The position numbers and the translations under genes are program-made. The notes under the pieces were generated by a model. The model did not search any database and was not told where the DNA came from. It was given only the letters and a program-made list of their open reading frames with translations. 64,000 nt of DNA, taken from assembly GCA_900088475.1 (NCBI GenBank), contig FLMG01000369.1, forward strand, positions 31,020 through 95,019, in the 5' to 3' direction. Of this stretch, positions 12,543 through 22,874 are shown one piece after another (the stretch's first letter is position 1; each line of letters starts with the position of its first letter). The DNA is from Hyphochytrium catenoides (taxonomy: Eukaryota; Protista; Hyphochytriomycota).

Positions 12543-13769
12543 CCCTGCTATGGCGAGGGAATTGGTAGCCTTCTTCCCGTGTTCCTTCATCATGATAAGC
12601 CAATGAGCCTTGCCTTCTGTGCTCTTCAGATTCTTCTTTCCACTATGTCTGGCGGATGGATCCGGTTCCTGTCAGCCCTCCTCTGCTTGTCAGTTTGCTT
12701 TTTTTATGCTTCTATTCCTAGATCTCTTCTTACTCATCTTCTAATATCCATCAGTAGACCATGGGCCCTGAGCAGCTCGTCTTCCGTTGGCATCATAATC
12801 TCGTGACAGAGCTACAAAAAGATGTCACTGTCTTGGCAAGGACCGCCGGCACCTAGCGGAGCCAGCAGCAGCGTCTAAACGCGACAAGTATGCTCTCAGT
12901 GCCTGAGATATGCAGAGCTCACACTCGTCTTTCTTACTGCTTGCGACCGCGGTCTTCTGCTCAAGCCTACTGCTAATGATCTTGACCTTTCTAGTAGGAA
13001 CATGGTACCCCTACTGCTAACACTAGCCAAGAGAAAGCTCTCCCTACAGAGTAGGAGAAGCATCTAGCTACTGCTCGTCCAAGATCCATTATTGTCCGCG
13101 ATTCAAAACAGCGGAGGAACCTAGAGAACCGAGAGTTGCCCATCATCAAAATAACAGCGTTATTGCCGCTAAAAGACGGACCAGGAACATGAAAGAAGAC
13201 TAGTTGAACCTAGGAGACTGTGTGTCATAGAAACAGCTATAGAACCAGACAGGCAGTACCTTCTCACCGCTGCAGAGTCGTTGCTAGATCAGGGAAACCG
13301 TGGTTCCTCTTCTAAAGGTCCGTCTTCCAAGCCCAGATCCTACCCTCGCTGCTCGTCAGCGCGAAGGGCTGTAGAGTTTTTAGTCATAGTGTCATAGTAG
13401 AGCGGTAGAGCCAGTAGAAGTACTGATATGACACGCGGGGTTGGGCACGACCGTCAGGGTGGACGGCGTTATCGTCATACATTTTTTTAGCCAGGTCCGT
13501 CTTGTCTGGAGCGAGCGAGAACTACCGTTATTGTTCTATCTTTCCCCTACTTTCTTAGCCCTCGAAAGACCTACTGCCTGCCTCGGTCTCGTAGTTCTAC
13601 AGCTGTAGGAACAGAACGACTGAGTGACGGTTCTTGGTTCTTGGTCGTCCTCCTCTCCCTTCGCTTTCATCCCCAATAAACGGCAGAAAACAGACCTTTT
13701 CTTTTATAAAATGGCTGACATTTATTCCCATCTCTGGCTTTGGCTTTGTGAATAATATGATTCGTTTTC

Positions 13770-13825
<56 letters not shown>

Positions 13826-14099
13826 CCCTTCTCTCATTCTCTTCTATCTCTTGTTCGCCTCGCCTACTCGCCCGCTCGTCCTCCATTTTGCCCCTGTTCC
13901 CCTTGTTTCACGCTTTATAACAGGATTGGCGGCAAAAGCGGTAGACTGTCCATGACCTGATTGACCTAGCTCCACATTCTCCATTGAGACACAGAAGGGT
14001 CAGCGCGAGTCACAAAAGCTTTTGGAGTCCGCGACGGTCAGCGTAAAACGGGAACTCTGCTTGCTAGTCCTGATCCTGACGGCCCTTGGCACAGCTGAA

Positions 14100-14694
14100 A
14101 TGGCGCCGATAGGGGAGCGCCGCTTTTCCTCTTTACGTCTCCGCTTTCTCTTCTCGGTCTCTCTTCTATCTCTTCTGTGGCTAGGAAGCAGCGAAGCATG
14201 GAAAGTGCCGAGAGTATCGTTGAAGAAGTTGAAACCCAGTTTGTCAAAAGAGTTGGGAGTCGGTGAAGCACAAGAGCGAAACTTGGCTCTATCGGAAGGA
14301 AATTTGGAAGGCAAAAACAAAGGCCACGAGGCCGGAGACGGGCAAGTTGCCATCAGATGGAGTGTGGGAAGAGGCCTCCAAGGGCCTTAATGTTGCGGAA
14401 ATATCGTTGAAACAGGCGTACGACGGATATGAAGCCGCGATCAAGAGTGGCGGCGCCAAAGAGCTAGAAGGGATCAGAAGCTGGACTAACAAGCTCCAGG
14501 ACGCGAAATCTCAACTGGACGCCACGAAGAAAGCTTTGGAGGGGACATTCGAGACAAAGATGAGAGATATACCCGCGACGACGTTACCTGAAGATAGACA
14601 GCAGGCGATTGCCGAGCTCAAGCGCGGATACAATGTTCAGAATGCAAGGCATAAGAAGCTAGTTAGGACTGTCTGGAAGCATACTGGGCGCTAA
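14100..14694 (+). pseudogene. Frameshifted paralogue (E) of secreted protein D
   Basis: ATG 14100 gives MAPIGERRFSSLRLRFLFSVSLLSLLWLGSSEAWKVPRVS, aligning with the D N-terminus. Homology continues in another frame (KHKSETWLYRK..SDGVWEEA vs KHNGEAWLYRK..SDGLWKKA). Removing one base near the A run at 14246-14249 restores one ORF. Confidence 0.75.
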
Positions 14695-15459
14695 ACATCT
14701 ATGGACTTATGAGGCACGCCATGTTCAAGTAGATGAAGCGTTCAACAAACGACCACTATCCTTCCTGAGCTCATTCGTCGTCGGAGGCCAAAGCTGCCAC
14801 TAAAGAATCACAGATAACACCTTCCCCCCAAACACAAAGGCTTCGCAGCTCTCCTCTCTTCTTCTTCTTCTTCTACTTCTCTTTGCTGGTTCTGGTTAGG
14901 AGACCTCGTACTGGATGGTCTTCCTCTCACTCTTCTTATCAATGACTCTCTACTTATCATCCAATCGATGCCGGGTTACCAGGTCGTCTGTCTGGGAATA
15001 GCAGATGAAGAAGTATGAACGTTCGGTGTAAGGCTGCAGGTTGTCTCCGCTTGTTGGGAGCTTTTTATCAGCAGGGAGGAGCTATGATGATGCCTCAAGG
15101 GTTCGATTGTGTGCGGCGGCTCTTGAGGCCTCAATGTGATCGCTCTAAACTTGTTGCCGCCCGGCATCATGGCCCAAGGGGTCTGGCCTCTGTATAGTTC
15201 TTCTACGCCTTCACTCCAGAGTCTATTGCTGCCATTTATGAATAACATGTGCTGTAGACGCTCAAGCATAGTCTCTTCTATTGCTTGCCTTCTCGAACGT
15301 GATGATGGTCTCGGCTCTTCTCCTTCTTCTCCGACTTTTCCTCTTCTTAGTGCTGAGATATCCAATAAAGATTCTTCCTTTTTATAGAAGAAAGACGATG
15401 ACTGAGAGAAGGGTTAGTGGTGATGGAGAGATCAAGACTTCTGTTGCGCTTGTTGTCTC

Positions 15460-15680
15460 TTCTTCTCCGCCTTCTTCTTCTTCTTCTCTTTCTTTTATCT
15501 CTTTCTTCTTCTCCCACTTCCTTCTTCTCTGTCTCCTGTCTTCCTTCTTCTTCTCTCCTTCTTCCTCTTCTCCTTCTTCTCTTTTCTTCTTCTCTTTCTT
15601 CTTCTCCTTCTTCTTCTCCTTCTTCCGCTCTTTCTTCTTCTCTTTCTTCTGCTCTTTCTTCTTCTCTTTCTTCTTCTCTT
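15460..15680. repeat. (TTC)n / (TTCTTCTTCTCT)n low-complexity repeat
   Basis: Directly visible 3- and 12-bp periodic pyrimidine tract. Confidence 0.85.
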
Positions 15681-16712
15681 TGAGTAGTAGTAGAAAGACC
15701 AGTAAATCTGCTAAATTAATACAATCGAAAAGAAGCCTGCCAACAACAAAACTAACAGACTCAAGGCTCTCCCGTTGGGAAGAAGGCCTCAAACGGCTTC
15801 GCTGGACTTGTTTGTTTTGGTTAGTCCTTCATTGTCGTTGATGTTATCTTCTTATGTTACTTCCTGAGCAAACAGTAGTGATGTAGCAGTAGTAGTAGTG
15901 TAGATCATGGTCATGGTTCTGGTTAGTCTAGTGCATGGTTCAACACTGCTTCTAAGTAGAAAGCATGTTTATTATTGTCATTCATGGACCCTGAAGAACC
16001 TTCCGAATGGCGAGAGGATTCTTCTGCTTCGCTTCCATGGACCGCCCGTGTGAATAGAACTACTCGGGTTCTGGGACGTGGTCAACAGCGTGGTCTACAG
16101 AGACTCCGAGCCAGGGAGAGTCCGTGCAGCTCTTTCCTAAGAATAGAACAAAAGGGAAAGGGGCTACCTGGGGCCTTGTTTGCCTCGTTCTCTGATATCC
16201 TGGTCTAACCTGGATACTAAACTTGATAAGTAGTTTGCGGTGAGAGAGGAGAGGAAACTGAGAGCCAGCGACCTAGCTGAGGAGGAATGCAACTGCACAC
16301 GGATGGCTGGACACCGGGAACACTACTGCTAGATAGCGCGATGCGATGGACAGCGGAGACTCGACGAAGAAAGAGATGGAGAAAGAGAGAGAGACCGATA
16401 GCTGCTAGAATCCTCATCTGGTACAGAAGAGAGGGAGTAGAAAGTGAGAGGAGACAGAACAGTGGGACGGAGACTCATAGAAAGAGAGACATTTGGGGCC
16501 ACAAAGAGCAAAATGAAAGAGACCTGCTGTCCAACCTGAACGAACGCGGCGTATATTCTCTACGACGCATTGTCGATTAGGAGCCGGCTCCTAGCCAGTG
16601 AAGGAGGACGGAGCCAAGCGGCCACTACTCCATCAGAAACGCCCCTTCTGAGACTTCAGAAGTGAAGGACACGACAATAGGGGATTCTCTCCTACTCATT
16701 TCGTCCTAGACT

Positions 16713-18113
16713 ATGGAGTGGCAAGGTCCAAAAAGGATGTCGACGAGGAAGAGACGTGGACGAAGTGTCGCACGACATGGACAGAGGAGATGTTGCTCTC
16801 CTACCCTTCCTCCTCTTCTCTCCTCTCTTCTCATTTTCCTCTGCCTCTTCGCTCTTCTCCTGCTTAGAAGCACGGAAGTATATGGCATGCGGAAATCTCT
16901 TTCTCCGACCCGAGAAGGAGGCGCCAGAGCAGAGCCAGGTACCACCACAACCGCGACAATAACTAGAGCTGGCTCATTAGCAAGGGCGAAGAGTCCGAGA
17001 AGAAAGGCTGTCGGACCAGAAACTGTTCCCCTAAGAGTTGAACCGACGGTTGACGAGACAATAGCTCTCCTGGAAACGAAGGGAAACGAGGCTCAACGCT
17101 CACCAAACCCAGAGACGTTCAGGGACTGGGGTGAGGCGATTGGGAACGCTGCACAACGGCTTAGTAGTACGGAGAGCAGGCTTCCAGAGACAACGATTGA
17201 CGAACTTAGGGCCAAGATTGAAGCGCAGGCAGAGGGATTTTTATCCATGTCAACTGCGAGGATAGAGCTCGCCAAGATAACCGATGGACAGATCCTGGCA
17301 TGGCTAAGAGCCGTCCCAGATTCATGGCCCGATATAGCTTGGAACGACCTTTTAGCCTGGGAGAAGTCTCTTCAGAGTGCGTACATGGAGCTAGCGGACG
17401 CTAAGACAGCGTTGAATGAGCTCGCAGCGACGGTACGGATCTTCCTACGAGAGGATGTGAAGGGTAGTCGGGGACTATCCTCGAGGATCACATCAGCCAC
17501 GAACAGAGTGACCCAGGTTCAGACTGGGTTAAGAAGGACCGCCATTGGGATCTTAGGACTATCAATGATGGCACTCTTCCGAATAGAGCAGGGGGCCAAG
17601 CAGTCGATGACTCGTCTGCAAGCGCAGATGGCACTGGTGCGGAACTCTGCTAGCGCTTCGGAGGCGACGATGAGGGACCTGGAGACCGCCTTCGAAGCGG
17701 CGTACGCAGAGCTGATCAGGGCCAAGACGAGCTTAGCTACCTTTACCGAGATGACAGGCACAACGCCGTGGAAGGAGCTCTACCACCAGCACCATCAAAC
17801 CTGGAGGATAGGAGTAGTCAGGAACAACATTGGCCATATGGAAAAGGAAATACGAGCGACAGCACTTGGAATCCTAAGGATTGCACGGGAGTTCGCTGAG
17901 GTGAACGAAGGAGCAGTGCTGGAAGCTATGACCCTGGGAGAACAGAATAGGGCACAGCCTGCACAGATGCTGAGAGCGGACACGCATGATGAACCGAAGG
18001 CAAAGGATCTGGCAATGTCAAGCCTCCAGATGGTCACAACTATCTTGCAAAGGATGACAGAGCGCATAAGAGAGAGATTTTTGCCGGCAACCAGCGTGAT
18101 CAGTTCAAGGTAG
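16713..18113 (+). CDS. Secreted helical-repeat orphan protein C (466 aa)
   Basis: Basic leader STRKRRGR..RRCC, hydrophobic core LLSSLLIFLCLFALLLL, RSTEVYG. Internal repeat with 107-aa period (AYMELADAKTAL..RRTAIGIL vs AYAELIRAKTSL..RATALGIL). SPNPETFRDWGEA and LRAKIEA resemble protein B (SPEKLTEWSEA, WRAKIEA). Confidence 0.8.
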   Translation: MEWQGPKRMSTRKRRGRSVARHGQRRCCSPTLPPLLSSLLIFLCLFALLLLRSTEVYGMRKSLSPTREGGARAEPGTTTTATITRAGSLARAKSPRRKAVGPETVPLRVEPTVDETIALLETKGNEAQRSPNPETFRDWGEAIGNAAQRLSSTESRLPETTIDELRAKIEAQAEGFLSMSTARIELAKITDGQILAWLRAVPDSWPDIAWNDLLAWEKSLQSAYMELADAKTALNELAATVRIFLREDVKGSRGLSSRITSATNRVTQVQTGLRRTAIGILGLSMMALFRIEQGAKQSMTRLQAQMALVRNSASASEATMRDLETAFEAAYAELIRAKTSLATFTEMTGTTPWKELYHQHHQTWRIGVVRNNIGHMEKEIRATALGILRIAREFAEVNEGAVLEAMTLGEQNRAQPAQMLRADTHDEPKAKDLAMSSLQMVTTILQRMTERIRERFLPATSVISSR

Positions 18114-18291
18114 GGAACAATGTGCCTATGTTAGGTCAGGTGTTACTATCTTACAAAGCTGCCATCAAAGATCAGCAGCCAATAGAGAGACCAGGAAGGA
18201 AGAAAGATCAATAATATACAAAGCTGCACTCTCTTCCGGTTTTCTCTTTCTCTCTCCCTTCCTCCCTCTTAAGAATGTCTCTTGCTGCGTC

Positions 18292-20604
18292 CTAGTGGAT
18301 CAGATAGGCTAGGCCGATACGCTGTCCTCCTCTCTCGTCTCCACCTCGTCGATGCGCGGAAGAGGAGATAGGAGGCACCTCAGAACGTGGAGCAGGAAGA
18401 GGGTGAGTGTATGAAGAGCGAGAAAGAGAAGCCACAGAGAGAGGCGCAAGGATAAGCCAGCCCATGAAGATGGCCAAGGAGCAGATGTATGGGATAGGAA
18501 TCCCTAGCGCCAAACGGAGCAAGAGGAGAGAGAGAACGATAAGCGGAGGAAGCAGGGCACAAGCGAGAGCTAGCACGTGCTTTCCTCTCTTCTTCAATAA
18601 AACCAACGGGTCTCTTTCTCTCGCTTCCGCCGGCCTGCTCTCTCTGCTGCGGCCTTCTCTACGACTGAGAAAGGCTCCGATTCTGTCGTTGCCTAGCTCT
18701 CTCCTCTCTCCTTCAAACACCGCTGAGAGCATATGCCGAAAGGCCCGTGCGACTTTTGAAAGGTAGAGAAGAAGAACAGAGGAGAGAGGAGAGAAGACGA
18801 CCCACCAAGGCAGAGAGTGATCCTCCATGTCCATCTTATAGACCAACAGAGCAGAGGATAGAAGGACAGACAGAGCAGGTGCAACCACCTTCATTTGCTG
18901 TTGCAATGAGACAAAAGAGAGATGAGAGAAAAGATGCATGGCCAAGCCCATGTATGTCCAGAGAGGGATGCAGGTGACACAGAGAGAAGAGAGAAGCCCG
19001 TCCAGATACATCGACAGAAGAAGAGGAAAGATGTCTACCAGTCCGCAGACCACCGCCATGAACACGATTTCTATAGGAAACTCTCTGTTCCAAAAGAAGA
19101 TACGAAAGAGCTGTGACGAAGAAAAGAATCTCTCTCTTCTTCCGTTCCTCTCTCTCTCTCTGTCGCTGGTTGACAGGCCACCAGCAGAGGAAGGCCGAGC
19201 GAAGAGAAGGAGGTAGATTGCCACTGCTCCTTTGACGGCAGCAAAAGCCAGGGGCATGAGAAGGACCGAATGAAAGGGAGAGAAAACCATGAACCAAGAG
19301 AGAGAGACATCTCCGTCCAGTTTGAGGCAGAGAAGAACTGGGAAGAGTATGACCATTGCAGAGAGGGAGAGACACGCAGAGAAGCCCACAAAAGCATCCA
19401 ATGTCCTCTTGTTCCAACAGCGAAGTACTCTTCCTTTCTTTGCTCTTTCAAGTCTCTCGTCTCTCTCTCTCCTCTCAGCCTCCAGACTCAAGAGCTCCTC
19501 TCTGCATCTTCTGTCTGCTTCTTTCGCTGCGATGTAGAAACGAAGACCATCTGATAGAGAGAGAGAAGGATTGAGGCGGCGCAGATGGTGCTGGTGCAGG
19601 AGCGAGAGAGAAGAAAACTCCGTTATGTTGAGAAAGTTCCATAGTGAGTCCATTTTGGAGAGACTTCTTAGGCGCCTGGGCAAGGAGAAGAGAAAGAGGA
19701 GTGTTATTCAGAGGATCAGAGACAAGAGGGGAGAGAGAGAGTAAAGTAGAGAGAGAGCCGGACAGAGAGAGAGAGAAAGAGAGAGAGAGAGATTGAAAGA
19801 AGAAGAGATGAATTGAGAGAGATTGTGACGAAGGAGGACTGGGGACAGAGAGCTGGAGAGGCCAAAAGAAAGAGGGAGAGCAATAAGAAAGAGGAGAGAG
19901 GTTGAGAGGGTGATGACGAGAGAGCAGAAAAGCGGGGGGAGAGAGAGAGCGCTTGGGTGCAACAAGGGAGAAAAGAAAGAGGCCTGCGCGTTATCATCCA
20001 GACCCGACGGCGTTCCTTTGACTCACCTGGACACAGCACCGGTTCTAGCGACAGTAGGACCATCCAAGCTCCTCAGGATTTCCAGCAGAAGATCTTCGGA
20101 GAGAGAGGTGAGCCTGTCAGGTTTGGAGAGAGAGGCTTCCTCTTTCTTGCTGTGCATCTCTCTTCCTTTCTTCTTCTCCTCCAAAAGAAAGTCTTTGGAT
20201 GGAGAGGTGAGCCTGTCACCTATGGAGAGAGAGGTTTCCTCTATCCTATTACTCTCTTTCTCTCTTCCTTTCTTATCTTGGACCCAGATTGTCTCTTCAG
20301 CGGCAGCGCAACTTGAAAGGAGAACTTCTCGTGTCATCTCCCGTCTCACAATGCGCTCTTTCTCTCTCTTTCCTTCTTCTGTTGACGAGATGGTGGAGGC
20401 AGCCTCTTCTTCCATTGTTGGCTCCTCGCTTTGGAAGCGCTGGACGAACGTAGATATCTCTTTCTTTTTGTCTTCCTCCGTGGTTTCTGGGGCCTGTTCT
20501 AGATGTCTTCCTTCTACCTTCTCAGTACGATGATGCGGGCAAACAGAGTGTTCTGGTTCTCTTTCTCTCTCTTCTCCTTCTCTCTTCCTTCTTTGGTCTC
20601 TCAT
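18292..20604 (-). CDS. F-box + TMEM185/FAM11 (transmembrane Fragile-X-F)-like multipass membrane protein, 2 exons; start codon uncertain
   Basis: Intron 20026-19676 (AG|GTGAGT ... CCCAG|G) joins LTSLSEDLLLEILRSLDGPTVARTGAVSR to RLRSLSKMDSLW in frame, a typical F-box. The C-terminal part has repeated LLCLKLDG..SWFMVFSPF / LLVYKMD..PWWVVFSPL TM units typical of TMEM185. Confidence 0.8.
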
Positions 20605-21044
20605 CAGCTTATACTGCTCTCTCTTTCCTCTCTCTCTCTCATCTCTCCTTCCTCCCCGTCTTTCCAGTACGGTTCCCGTCCTCTTTTCACCTTCTCGAAG
20701 CGAAGAATGCTCTCCTGCACCTTTTAACGGACAGAAGCGAGAGAAGGGAGGCGGCAGGAGGGAAAACCGTAGAGAAGAGAGAGAGAGAGAAGCGAGAGAA
20801 GAGACCCGCAGCGATCGTCTCTCGGGCCTGCAGGAAAGCTTATTGGAGGTTGCGTTTCTCTCTCCCACTCTTAGTGTTTCTCCTCTCTCTCTCTCTCTCT
20901 CTCGTCCCATTCTCTATCTCTTAGAGTTTCTGTCTCCCTCCTCTCTCCCTGACTTCCTCTCTCTTCTCTCTCACTCTCTCTCTCTCCTCATAAGAACCCC
21001 ATGAGCACACGAAGTCTCATGACACTTTCTTTTACCTGAGAAGG

Positions 21045-21050
21045 GGAGAC

Positions 21051-21147
<97 letters not shown>

Positions 21148-21165
21148 GGAGAGAGAGAGAAGCGA
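21045..21165. repeat. (GA)n microsatellite (CT on the F-box gene sense strand)
   Basis: Directly visible. Confidence 0.9.
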
Positions 21166-22874
21166 GGGAACACGGACAGAGAAAATGTGTAACTTATTGA
21201 GGATTGAGTAACAGAGCTTGAAGACAAAGCAAAGGAGAGATCTAACAAAGTGAGAGAAAGATGGGGTTAGGGGAAGAGACAGAGGGCGAAGAGATATGAG
21301 AAGAGGAAGATCTGGCTCTGTACATGTCGTTTCCTGTACAGACTAAAGGATACAGAAAGGGCCGTTTCAACCGCCCACCCAGAGCTCCCCGCGGAGTCAC
21401 CTCCATCTGGTGAGTAGCCCGGTCATTCCCTGGTGCCGAGGATACTCACCACGTGATCCAGTTCAGAACCTAGTACAAACGGAAGAGGGGATGAACTTGA
21501 CGGCTGGCTTAACGGCGATTGTTCCCTCAGGTGGTGATGAGTGTTTGTTGATGGATTCGAAGCGCTGCAGCCGCTTGGGCTTCTGCGCTTGGCTGACTTT
21601 TGGCGGCACTTCTCCCGCCAGCTAGCTCTAGCACTACCGCGCGGCACTACTACTACCTTGAGAGTTGAAGCTCACCATTCGTTGGCCGCAGGCGTCGCTG
21701 TTCTTAGCTTCTTGGGGCGTTGTACGGAGCTGGAGCTCGTGCTGGACCCGATCGCCAGGTCTAAAGTACAGGAGTAGTTTAGGGGCAGTCCAGCGTCTAA
21801 GGAAGATAGAAATTGCGTCCAGCGAGTTATGCTCTTTCTAACGGCGATTGGTGCCTGTGCGTAGCGGTTTGACTGCCCAGAGAAGGTGCCTTGTCGCTGT
21901 TTGTGCGCCTTAAGGAGCACGTCGTAGCTCTTTTTCGCTTCATTCTTCCTGTCGTTTTCTCTCAGTAAAAGACCGTAGTAGACTGCGTATCAGCCGTTTC
22001 CCCGTCAGCCTTTGACATCTTGAGCTGCGCGTCGAAGCTCTTTGGGTCGACTTACTCTATTAGCGAATCACTAGCGCTATCTGCCTCTTTACCTCTGAGT
22101 TCCGCTTACCCGAGGAGGACCTTTCGTCACTTTCCGTCGAGATAAACAAGAGAACCATCCTCGATTTGTAAAGACCGCCCTCGGTTAAATGAGTTCCTCT
22201 TCGTCGTGAGCGAGAAGCGTGTAGCACTCCGAAGAAGAGGAGTCGGGGAGAAAGGAACAGGAGGACCTTTTGAGGTCGCAACCAGGATCTTAGCACAGGA
22301 GGCGATAGGAGAAAGAGAACAGAAAGTCATTCAGGCAGCGGGGGGCGTTGCGGAAAGCAAAAGGAAATGCAAGCTCCTCCCTCTTTGCGATGCAAACTAA
22401 CTCACACAAATACTATTGAAGAAACTCAAAGCTGGCTCTCTCGCTTGGCTGCCTGGCGCGGTAGGGATCTCTTAACAAGCTCCGTAGTTCTCTCTGTCCT
22501 CCTACTATGTGATAGTAGTGCCGGTCACCTGGTCTCTATGTTATGCAAAAGGCATCGCACGGTCGGCGCAAGGGTATGTCACCGAGAGCGCTACGGAAGA
22601 CCCACTTTGCCATGAAAATAATAAGCAGACTGGCTACACGGAAAGGAGGAGACCCGATGGGGACGTACTAGAAGATAAACGTCGCTCTGGCTTTGTTCCG
22701 TACCCTTCTGTCTTACGTGGACCTTCGAGAAGAGCTTAGATGTGCGCTTCCAGTGACATACGCTGTGCTATGCATGACTGACTGCATAATGAAGAAAGAA
22801 ATGCAACTACGGAAAACATACAGATTTATAGATAATTGTTGAGACACAGGAGAAAGCAAGCCTAACTAGAACGA

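Larger units (their letters stand above)
9330..14730 (+). repeat. Diverged tandem segmental duplication (~2.6-2.7 kb unit: upstream region plus secreted gene); copy 1 ~9330-11899, copy 2 ~11988-14730
   Basis: Collinear similar blocks: 9331-9575 vs 11988-12210; 9581-9882 vs 12601-12887 (e.g. TCTGGCGGATGGATCCGGTTCCTrTCAGCCCTCCTCTGCTTGTCA); 10165-10262 vs 13244-13337; then the paralogous CDSs. Confidence 0.85.

Noticed and set aside
15281-15841. K/E-rich (-) and F/S-rich (+) ORFs
   Set aside because: Products of the TTC-based low-complexity repeat.
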